This document shows positions 18,780 through 26,873 of a DNA stretch of 64,000 nt, in pieces. The number at the start of each line of letters is the position of its first letter. Position 1 is the first letter of the stretch. The DNA comes from Acidobacteriota bacterium (GTDB lineage Bacteria > Acidobacteriota > UBA6911 > RPQK01 > JAJDTT01). The DNA is taken from assembly GCA_965209055.1 (NCBI GenBank), contig OZ242374.1, positions 2,880,001-2,944,000 on the forward strand. The letters run 5' to 3'. The position numbers and the translations under genes were made by a program. Below the pieces are notes generated by a model. The model saw only the letters and a program-made list of their open reading frames with translations. It was not told the DNA's origin and searched no databases.

Positions 18780-20590
18780 TGTCTGGAACCATGAATCTGA
18801 TCGGCCTTTTCAAATTACTGCTCCTGTCACTGATGCTCGGCGCATGCTCCATGGAGAGCGGCGGTCCGGGAGACACGCCGGCCCCACTTCCCGACGTGGC
18901 CACGGGGTCCGCGAGCGCCCTGGGCACGACGGCGATGACCGTCAACGGCAGCATCCAACCGTACGGGCGCTACTCCACCTACTACTTCGAATACGGCCTT
19001 TCGACCGAGTACGGATCGCGCACCGGGGAGACGCCGGTGCCGCCGAGGCTCGGCGCCTACTATCACGAGACCTGGGACCAGGGCCTCGGAGGATGGGCCA
19101 GCTGGCTGACGGCCGAGAGCATCGAGTCGGGAGGCGCCGAGGGCGGATTCGTCCGGTTCTCGGAGCCGAGCCGCCACGATCGCAATCACGACGACGGGAT
19201 CGGCACGCTCCATCTGACCAAGTACCTCTGGACCGGATCCCTGGGTGCGGGAGAGGACACGTCCCGCGCCTGGCTGGGTGGGGGCGATCCGGATCTCCGG
19301 GGGGCACGCGTGAGCCTCTGGGCCCGGGGAAACGATTGGCGGCCCAACGGCTCCGAAGTCTTGTGGTGGACGCAGAGCCAGAGCAACATCGAGCTCGGGC
19401 ACCAGCCGGGATGGCGCCGCGCCAACTGGGCCTACACGGGTTATACCCTCACCGATCAACTGCTCGACGGACGCTGGAACCTGGTCGATTACCGGTTGCT
19501 GAACGATTCCGCGCAATGGACCTATGGGGGGAACAATCCCACGCTCCAGGGAGAGAGCGCCGCCCGCTACGCCTACTGGTCCATCGATCAGGCCCAGGCC
19601 CACGTCAATTGCGACTTCTTTCACCTGGCGGCCACGGTGGACATCGACAATCCCCCTACGGGCTCTCTGGACTTCGACGACTTTCGGCTCGTCTACCGGA
19701 ATCATTCCCTGGTCTATCCGTCCAACGGCGGCAAGTTGATTCGCTGGCCGGGAGGGGCGCCCGACGCTCCGGCCCAGCTCACCGACGGATGGCGGCACGG
19801 ACCGGGCCGCACCTGGCGCAGCGGGAGCCGGCCGGATCAGCCTCAGGAGTTCCTCTTCGAACTGGACCGCGAGGTCACAGTGAAGACCATCCAGGTCCAT
19901 CAGAATCCGGAGTGGCCGGGTAAGGAGCTGGAGGTTTTGGCGTCCGAAGACGACCGGCAGTATGAGACGGTAGCGACCCTGACCCTGCCGGAAAAAGCCG
20001 AACACGGACCCAACTTCGCCTTCGCTCTGGAAACGGGCCTCGCGGCAAAGGCCCGCTATCTGAAGTTCCGGCTGCTCTCCGGCTACCGGGACGAGCACTG
20101 GGGACTGGGTGAGATCGAGGTCTTCGGCAGCGGCGCCCGGATGCTTCCGGATGACGGCCTCTATTACGTGAACACCGACCTGGAGGGTCTGACGCCGGGC
20201 GCGACGGTCCACTACCGGCTGGTGGCCTCCAGTGAGGAAGGAACCGTCTACGGCGAGGACCGCTCCTTCACCGTTCCCGATAGCCGCAAGCCCCGCGCCC
20301 GAACCGGGCAGGCTCTTCGCGTCGGAACCCGCGAGGTCAAGGTCCAGGGCCGGCTCAACGCCATGGGACTCCGTTCCCGGTATTACTTCGAATACGGGAA
20401 CAACCCGGGTTACGGCTCCAGGACGCCCGAGCAGTATGCCGGACAGCAGGTCAGCCCCCGCACGGTCTTTCAGGAGATCCGGGACCTGAAACCCGAGACC
20501 GGTTACCACTATCGTCTGGTGGTGGCCAACGACGAGGGCGTCTCCTACGGCGGCGACCGCAGCCTCCACACGGAGTCCGGCTCTCCGTAA
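18779..20590 (+). CDS. Lipoprotein with two FN3-like modules and a discoidin/F5-8-type-like domain
   Basis: TGATG coupling to the NHL gene (alternative start 18791); lipobox MLGAC; YYFEYG...YGSRT and L.P...YHYRLV motifs; ARYLKFR...GEIEVFG. Confidence 0.7.
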   Translation: MSGTMNLIGLFKLLLLSLMLGACSMESGGPGDTPAPLPDVATGSASALGTTAMTVNGSIQPYGRYSTYYFEYGLSTEYGSRTGETPVPPRLGAYYHETWDQGLGGWASWLTAESIESGGAEGGFVRFSEPSRHDRNHDDGIGTLHLTKYLWTGSLGAGEDTSRAWLGGGDPDLRGARVSLWARGNDWRPNGSEVLWWTQSQSNIELGHQPGWRRANWAYTGYTLTDQLLDGRWNLVDYRLLNDSAQWTYGGNNPTLQGESAARYAYWSIDQAQAHVNCDFFHLAATVDIDNPPTGSLDFDDFRLVYRNHSLVYPSNGGKLIRWPGGAPDAPAQLTDGWRHGPGRTWRSGSRPDQPQEFLFELDREVTVKTIQVHQNPEWPGKELEVLASEDDRQYETVATLTLPEKAEHGPNFAFALETGLAAKARYLKFRLLSGYRDEHWGLGEIEVFGSGARMLPDDGLYYVNTDLEGLTPGATVHYRLVASSEEGTVYGEDRSFTVPDSRKPRARTGQALRVGTREVKVQGRLNAMGLRSRYYFEYGNNPGYGSRTPEQYAGQQVSPRTVFQEIRDLKPETGYHYRLVVANDEGVSYGGDRSLHTESGSP

Positions 20591-20640
20591 TTCGCGGTCC
20601 CGTCCCGGCTCCTGCCGGGCGGCACGGCAAGGGAGCGGCC

Positions 20641-21951
20641 ATGAATCTGCACCAACTGCTTCAAAGGCGGCTCGAAAGCCGGGGGCCGGTGCGTGCGGGT
20701 CTCATCGGCGCCGGCAAGTTCGGTTCCATGTTCCTGTCCCAAGTGCCGTCGACCCGCGGTCTGGTGGTTCCGGTCATTGCGGATCTCGACCCGGACCGGG
20801 CGCGCCGGACCTGTCTGGCCGCAGGCTGGGACCGGGAGTTGGTGGACCGCACACGCATCGTCCGCGACGGCCTGGAGCTGGCCGCCGCCGATGACGTCGA
20901 TGTGGTGGTGGAAGCCACCGGACAGCCTCTGGCCGGACTCGCCCACGCCCGCAGCGCCATTCGGGCGGGGAAGCACGTCGTCATGGTCAATGTCGAGGCC
21001 GACGTGCTGGCCGGCCTGGAGCTGGCCCGGGAAGCGGCCGCCTCGGGAGTGGTCTATTCCATGGCTTACGGCGACCAGCCGGCTCTGATCTGCGAAATGG
21101 TGGACTGGGCTCGAGCCTGCGGTTTCCGGGTGGCCGCCGCCGGCAAAGGGACCCGGTATCTGCCCTCCTACCACGCGTCGACTCCGGAGACGGTCTGGGA
21201 CCATTACGGAATCACCGCCGAGGCGGCCCGGGCCGCCCGGATGAATCCCCGGATGTTCAATTCGTTCCTGGACGGGACCAAGTCGGCCATCGAGATGGCG
21301 GCGGTGGCCAATGCCACGGGGCTGACTCCGGCTCCCGGCGGGCTGACCTTTCCGCCCTGTGGAGTGGACGAGCTCGCCCAGGCGCTCTGTCCCCGGGAAG
21401 CCGGCGGCCGACTGCACCACCGGGGCCAGGTGGAGGTGGTCTCATCTCTGAACCGGGACGGCAGCGCCGTGGAAAGGGATTTGCGCTGGGGAGTCTACGT
21501 CGTGGTCGAGGCGCCCAACGACTACACCGCCGCTTGCTTCTCGCAATACGGCCTGAGTACCAATGAGTCGGGTGGTTATGCCGCCCACTACAAGCCCTTT
21601 CACCTGATCGGGCTGGAGCTGGGCATCTCCATTCTCTCCGCCGTGTTGCGCGGCGAGGCCACCGGCTGCCCGACCCGTTTCGCGGGGGACGTGGTGGCGA
21701 TAGCCAAGCGGGACCTCCGGCAGGGGGAGGTCCTGGACGGCGAGGGCGGTTACACCGTGTGGGGAAGGCTCATGACCGCCGCCGGCAGCGTAGCGTCGCA
21801 CGGCCTTCCCATCGGACTCGCCCACGGCGTCCGGTTGCGCCGCGATGTTCCGGCGGGCCGGTTCCTGAGCTGGTCCGATGTGGAGATCGATCCGGATCTG
21901 GAGGCAGTGCGGCTGCGCCGGGCCATGGAGCAGACCCTGGCGGAGACTTGA
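20641..21951 (+). CDS. Homoserine-dehydrogenase-like NAD(P) oxidoreductase with C-terminal SAF domain
   Basis: GAGKFG, NVEAD, GDQP, SFLDGTKSAIEM, AKRDL..GEVLDGEGGY. Confidence 0.9.
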   Translation: MNLHQLLQRRLESRGPVRAGLIGAGKFGSMFLSQVPSTRGLVVPVIADLDPDRARRTCLAAGWDRELVDRTRIVRDGLELAAADDVDVVVEATGQPLAGLAHARSAIRAGKHVVMVNVEADVLAGLELAREAAASGVVYSMAYGDQPALICEMVDWARACGFRVAAAGKGTRYLPSYHASTPETVWDHYGITAEAARAARMNPRMFNSFLDGTKSAIEMAAVANATGLTPAPGGLTFPPCGVDELAQALCPREAGGRLHHRGQVEVVSSLNRDGSAVERDLRWGVYVVVEAPNDYTAACFSQYGLSTNESGGYAAHYKPFHLIGLELGISILSAVLRGEATGCPTRFAGDVVAIAKRDLRQGEVLDGEGGYTVWGRLMTAAGSVASHGLPIGLAHGVRLRRDVPAGRFLSWSDVEIDPDLEAVRLRRAMEQTLAET

Positions 21952-21957
21952 GTGGAC

Positions 21958-21979
21958 CGACAACCGATCCTGGTTGTCG
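21958..21979. terminator. Stem-loop after the SAF oxidoreductase gene
   Basis: CGACAACC-GATCCT-GGTTGTCG; no U tract. Confidence 0.3.
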
Positions 21980-22219
21980 TCGCTACGGGATTGGAGTGTT
22001 TACCTTGATCGGCAACACGCATATTCCCGGCTTGATCACGCCGGCTCGATATCGGTGTGTATGAAATCCCCTCCCTACCGGGTACCGGTACAACACCGGC
22101 AATGGGATGACCATGGTCGCCTCCGACAGATTCACGATATTGGGAATTGTCGATAAATGGACAAATAGGAGTAGTATTTTACTATTGATAGTGAAAACGT
22201 CTCTCGGTATCATCACGGA

Positions 22220-22654
22220 ATGCAGATTTCGGAGATCACAGCCGTCATTCGCCGGGAATTGGAACGCCGCGGGACCAACGCCTACCGGGCAGCCGTGGAC
22301 GCGGGGCTGCCCCAGAACGCCATCCGATCGGTCCTCCGCGGCCGGGAACCCGGAAGCGAACGCCTGGCAGAAATCTGCCGGGCGCTGGAACTTGAATTTT
22401 ACGTCGGGCCGCCGAGAGGGCATCGCCAGGAGACGATCCAGGAGGCGGACGGGACCCCGGAATTGCCGGCCGGGGAACCTCAGTGGGTGGAGCGGCTCCA
22501 TGCCGGGTTGCAGGAATTGAAAGCCCAGTTGGCTGTTGCGCACGAGGACATCAAGGCGTTGCGCCGGCAGATCGGGCCGCAACAGGAGCCGCCGCCGGAA
22601 GCGCTGGATTGGCCGGCCGTTGCTGGACACACCGGCTCCCGCTCCACCGATTAG
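22220..22654 (+). CDS. XRE/phage-repressor-like HTH protein with C-terminal coiled coil
   Basis: AYRAAVDAGLPQNAIRSVLRGREPGSERLAEICRALELEF; heptad pattern LHAGLQELKAQLAVAHEDIKALRRQI. Confidence 0.7.
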   Translation: MQISEITAVIRRELERRGTNAYRAAVDAGLPQNAIRSVLRGREPGSERLAEICRALELEFYVGPPRGHRQETIQEADGTPELPAGEPQWVERLHAGLQELKAQLAVAHEDIKALRRQIGPQQEPPPEALDWPAVAGHTGSRSTD

Positions 22655-22674
22655 TTAATAGATTGGGAAATGGA

Positions 22675-23904
22675 ATGACCAACGCCGAACTTGTCAGACG
22701 AATCCGGCTCGGCGAGGACTCGACTCTGGAGTTCAAGCGTGTAGTAGTGGCTGGCGGCCGCGTATCGGAACCGAAGCGCAATCCCATGGCAGACGAGTTG
22801 GCCGCCCTGGCCAACGCCAGAGGCGGCACCGTGGTCCTGGGTGTAGACGACGAAACCCAGGAGATTCTTGGTATTCCGCTCCAGGATCTGGATGCCGTCG
22901 AAGGCTGGGCGCAGGAAATCTGCAATGACTCCGTGAAGCCGGCGCTCAATGCCGATATCCGAAAGTTGGAGTTGCCGGCCCGGAATGGTCAGCTGGTTCC
23001 GGTCGTTCGCCTGGACATTCCCCGTAGCCTGTTCGTACACAAGAGTCCGGGCGGATATTTCCGCCGGATCGGCAGTTCGAAGCGGGAAATGGCTCCGGAG
23101 GTTCTGGCTCGACTCTTTCAGGAACGTAGCCAGACTCGAATGATCCGGTTCGACGAGTCCATTGTGCCGGGGACCGCGACGGGCGATCTGGACTATGCGC
23201 TGACGCGCCGATTCCTTCGGGGAGAACCCGATGAAGACGGCGTCACAGAGACCGCGGCGCGAAAGCTTCGCCTCGTGGCCGACGACGATGAGGGGCGGGC
23301 GCGGATCACGCTCGCCGGTGTCCTGCTGTGCACGCGCGAACCACGAACGTGGTTGCCTCACGCATACGTGCAAGCGGTCAGCTACGCCGGGGAGCGAACC
23401 GACATCGACTATCAGACTGACGCCCGGGATATCGGCGGGTCGCTCGACGTTCAGGTCGCCGAGGCGCTGCATTTCGTGCGCCGGAACATGCTCGTGCGTG
23501 CAAGCAAAGCGACCGCGCGTGTGGATCGTCCGCAGTTCAGCGATCGGGCGGTGTTCGAGGCGTTGGTTAACGCGGTGGCGCACCGGGACTACTCGGTGGC
23601 GGGCGCGCGCGTGCGGCTGCACCTCTTCGGGGATCGCCTTGAACTCCATGTCCCGGGCGCTCTGGCGAACACTCTCACTCCTGACAGCCTGCATTTGCGC
23701 CAAGCCAGCCGGAACGAACTGATCGTCTCACTGCTGGCGCGCTGTCCGGCGCCTACCGGCCTTGGCCGTGTGAATCTAATGGACCGGCGGGGAGACGGCG
23801 TGCCCATCATCATGCAAGAATGCGAGAAGCTGTCCGGTCGCCTCCCGGAGTACAGGCTGATAGACGACAGTGAGCTGCAGCTCGTGATCTGGGCAGCCCC
23901 GTAG
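22675..23904 (+). CDS. Schlafen/AlbA_2 domain plus HATPase_c_4 (RecG C-terminal-like) protein
   Basis: GEDSTLEFKR, ALANARGGTVVLGVDD, EALVNAVAHRDY, PGAL, RN..I, DRRGDG. Confidence 0.9.
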   Translation: MTNAELVRRIRLGEDSTLEFKRVVVAGGRVSEPKRNPMADELAALANARGGTVVLGVDDETQEILGIPLQDLDAVEGWAQEICNDSVKPALNADIRKLELPARNGQLVPVVRLDIPRSLFVHKSPGGYFRRIGSSKREMAPEVLARLFQERSQTRMIRFDESIVPGTATGDLDYALTRRFLRGEPDEDGVTETAARKLRLVADDDEGRARITLAGVLLCTREPRTWLPHAYVQAVSYAGERTDIDYQTDARDIGGSLDVQVAEALHFVRRNMLVRASKATARVDRPQFSDRAVFEALVNAVAHRDYSVAGARVRLHLFGDRLELHVPGALANTLTPDSLHLRQASRNELIVSLLARCPAPTGLGRVNLMDRRGDGVPIIMQECEKLSGRLPEYRLIDDSELQLVIWAAP

Positions 23905-23924
23905 CCGGCTGGACGGGATCCGCT

Positions 23925-24605
23925 ATGCCTGTGAAACGGGTCGTGTGCCTGGCGAACTCTCGGAAGCTGGCGGAACGGTGCGTCGCCGGCCGGGAGTGGA
24001 TCGGGGGTCGCAGAGCCGGCGCCTGGGTTCGACCGGTGAGCGATCGCGAGAGTCAGGGGGTGTCCGAGTACGAGCGGCAGTACGTTGACGGCAGCGATCC
24101 GCAGGTTTTGGACATTATCGATATTCCGGTGCTGGAACATCGCCCGCAGGACCATCAGACTGAGAACTGGTTGCTCGATCCCAAGTGCTACTGGGAGAAA
24201 GCGGGCCGCCTTACGCCGATCGATTTACCAACGTTCGTAGATACTGCTGCCCCACTCTGGGTCGACGGATACAGTACGTTCAAGGGCCGGAACGACAAGA
24301 TCCCGGTCTCGGCGATCGCTCCAGTTACCGATTCGTTACGACTTATCCGTATTGACCGTCTGCAGCTTGTCGTGTGCCGGCCCGGCGAGGCCTTCGGAAA
24401 CAACAAGCGGCGGGTTCAGGGTCGTTTCCGGCACGCGGAGACGCAATACGCGCTCTGGGTCACCGATCCCAGGTACGAGAGAAAGTATCTTTCGAAATTG
24501 GACGGCACCTATGAACTCGGAGAATGCTACATCACGATCAGTCTGGAAGAGCCGTACCAGGACTCCTGCTACAAGCTGGTCGCGACCATTTTCGAGGTTG
24601 ATTGA
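23925..24605 (+). CDS. Dual OB-fold (DuOB-like) protein
   Basis: N-terminal CLANSRK..RCVAG, WVRPVS, HQTENW, VTDP, ISL.EP...CYKLVA, typical of DUF488-associated dual-OB proteins. Confidence 0.75.
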   Translation: MPVKRVVCLANSRKLAERCVAGREWIGGRRAGAWVRPVSDRESQGVSEYERQYVDGSDPQVLDIIDIPVLEHRPQDHQTENWLLDPKCYWEKAGRLTPIDLPTFVDTAAPLWVDGYSTFKGRNDKIPVSAIAPVTDSLRLIRIDRLQLVVCRPGEAFGNNKRRVQGRFRHAETQYALWVTDPRYERKYLSKLDGTYELGECYITISLEEPYQDSCYKLVATIFEVD

Positions 24606-24615
24606 CAGCAGTCCG

Positions 24616-25254
24616 ATGCACCAGATTCACGGCAAGGTCTTCACCATCGGCCATTCCAACCACGAGATCGAGGGCTTCGTCGAGCTATTGCGGCAACACC
24701 GGATAGATGCCCTGGCTGACGTCCGCTCGGCACCGTACAGCCGCTTCAATCCGCAATTCAATCGGGAACCGTTCGCCGCCGCCCTCAAAGAAAAAGGGTT
24801 CCGATACGTATATTTCGGACGAGAGTTGGGCGGCCGGTCCGACAACTTCGAGTGTTACGACGAAGAGGGGCGTATCGTTTTCGATCGAGTCGCCGCAACC
24901 GGGAAGTTCAAACGTGGAATTGCACGCGTCGTTGACGGAGCCGCCAGACACCGCATAGCACTTATGTGCGCGGAGAAAGAGCCGCTCGAATGCCACCGGA
25001 CGCTGCTCGTCGCCTGCAAACTCGACAATCGGAGCGTCGAGGTCGACCACATTCATGCTGACGGCAGCCTGGAGTCGCACGACCAAGCGATGACTCGTCT
25101 GATCAAACTCGTACTTCCGCGTGAGGGCCCTCTGATTCGCCAGACTGAACCTCCCAGGGATGTGATGATCGCCGAGGCCGTTGAACGCCAAGTGAGGCGC
25201 ATTGGCTTCAGGGACAAGAGTCTGGCCGCCACTTTCGCGGAGTCAATGCAATGA
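24616..25254 (+). CDS. DUF488 family protein (long type)
   Basis: TIGHSNH, DVRSAPYSRFNPQFNRE, LGGR, LMCAEKEPLECHRTLL. Confidence 0.9.
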   Translation: MHQIHGKVFTIGHSNHEIEGFVELLRQHRIDALADVRSAPYSRFNPQFNREPFAAALKEKGFRYVYFGRELGGRSDNFECYDEEGRIVFDRVAATGKFKRGIARVVDGAARHRIALMCAEKEPLECHRTLLVACKLDNRSVEVDHIHADGSLESHDQAMTRLIKLVLPREGPLIRQTEPPRDVMIAEAVERQVRRIGFRDKSLAATFAESMQ

Positions 25255-25688
25255 AGTTGTCCACCATCGGATTCACAAGAAAACCCGCCAAGCGTTTCTT
25301 TCACCTGTTGCGCAAGTCGGGTGCCCGGCGGATCGTAGACGTGCGGATCCACAATACCTCCCAACTCGCCGGCTTCGCCAAGAAAAACGACCTGGCCTAC
25401 TTCCTCGGCGAGATTTGCGGGATGGACTAAGTCCATCTGCCCAGCCTCGCCCCCACCAGGGAGCTGTTGGGTGCGTATCGAAAAAAGACCATTCGCTGGG
25501 GCACGTTTGAGAGGCGTTTCATCGCACTGATGCGCCAGCGGCGAATCGAAGCGACGACGCCGAAGGACGTGCTGAGCGACGGTTGCCTCCTGTGCAGCGA
25601 GGACCGACCGCACCATTGCCATCGCCGGCTGGTGGCGGAGTACCTGAACCAACATTGGGGCGGAATCCAGATCGCCCACTTGCGATAG
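25251..25688 (+). pseudogene. Second DUF488 protein (short type), interrupted by an in-frame TAA at 25428-25430
   Basis: MKLSTIGFT...DVRIHNTSQLAGFAKKNDLAYFLGEICGMD*VHLPSLAPT...LLCSEDRPHHCHRRLVAEYL; same frame on both sides of the stop; ATGA overlap with the upstream gene. Confidence 0.88.
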
Positions 25689-25716
25689 CCGGAGGGCGAG
25701 GAATTTCTTCCCCTTC

Positions 25717-26631
25717 TCACGCCGGCTTCGGGCCGGCGGCGCTCCTTCTCAGGTGAAGGCACCAGGTGATGGGGGCCAGAGGCGGAAGATCGGTTCGTCC
25801 TTCCAGATACTTGCGGTGGTGATCCGCCGGCGAGTCGTTGCCGACGATCTCCCAAAGGTCGCGCGGGTTCAGGACGGCGCCCACGCGGGCCGGGTCGAAG
25901 CGCGAAATCATGGGTTCGCCCCGTTTCTCCACGAACGCCATCAGCCGGGAAAAGAGATCGCGGTCTTCCGGCGGCACGCACTCGGCCGCGATCAAATAAT
26001 CGAAGACGATTTCCGACCCCGAACTTGCGATCTCCGCCAACCGATCCAGATTCTCGAGAATGGAGGCCCGGGTGAGGTAGTAGGTGACTCCCATCCAGTT
26101 GAAGAAGGAGCGTGCGCCGAGATCGAAGCCGGCGGCAGTCAGCGCGCTTCGGAGGTCGCCTCTCTCGAAGTCGAAGGGGACCAGACGCAAACGAGCGGGG
26201 ATCTCCAGGTTCGCGGCGGCCAGCCGTTCCACCTTCAGGCGAATCATCTCCGCCCGGTCGACTTCGAATACGGTCAGATCCAGGTCCGGCCGGCGGAAGG
26301 CGAAGGAATCGAAGCCGGAGCCCAGGATCACGTACTGGGTCGCGCCGTTTTCGGCCGCCGTCTCGAGCGTTTCTTCGGCGAACCGGGCGCGGGTCAACTG
26401 CTGGATGCTGATGGGCACCAGTTTGTTCATGACGATCTTCGCCAGCACCCAGTCGAGGAGACGCGACGCGACGATTCGTCGCCACCGGTTTCCCAACAGG
26501 TGGATGGCGAACGGATCTTCGAAGATATGGGGTTTCCGGTGCCGAAGCAGGTGCCGGGCGCGGCTCACCGCCGCGAGTTCGGCGGTGCGGCTGGCGCCGG
26601 TGCGGTCATGTTCGTCGGTTGGTGCGGCCAC
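25717..26631 (-). CDS. Class I SAM-dependent methyltransferase (leucine-carboxyl-MTase-like)
   Basis: ASRTA...R, DPFA, RARF.E, QYVILGSGFDSFAFR, FEVD, WMGVTYYL; GTG start after AAGGA. Confidence 0.88.
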   Translation of the reverse strand: MAAPTDEHDRTGASRTAELAAVSRARHLLRHRKPHIFEDPFAIHLLGNRWRRIVASRLLDWVLAKIVMNKLVPISIQQLTRARFAEETLETAAENGATQYVILGSGFDSFAFRRPDLDLTVFEVDRAEMIRLKVERLAAANLEIPARLRLVPFDFERGDLRSALTAAGFDLGARSFFNWMGVTYYLTRASILENLDRLAEIASSGSEIVFDYLIAAECVPPEDRDLFSRLMAFVEKRGEPMISRFDPARVGAVLNPRDLWEIVGNDSPADHHRKYLEGRTDLPPLAPITWCLHLRRSAAGPKPA

Positions 26632-26873
26632 GGCTTCCTTTCGTCCGGCTCGGCCTGGATCGGTGCAGCGCCATTGTATCCTGGTTGAGCTGGACCGGCA
26701 CATCGTTGGGCTTGGCAGAATGCGGGAATCTCACGGCGTGAAGCGGCGTCGAAGGACGGGTTACAACCAGCCGTCGTTGCAGTAGACTTCTAAACCACAG
26801 TCCGCTGGCTGCGGAGCCGGACCGTCCGAACATGACGCCGGGGGTCCCCGGATTCCGGGAAGGCAAGGGAATT

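Noticed and set aside
25428-25430. Stop-codon recoding (Sec, Pyl or alternative genetic code) in DUF488
   Set aside because: The codon is TAA, which terminates other genes in this window; a point mutation or sequencing error is simpler.
21952-26800. att sites, integrase or IS ends around the candidate defence cassette
   Set aside because: No convincing flanking direct repeats, tRNA or recombinase found by eye, so no mobile element is called.
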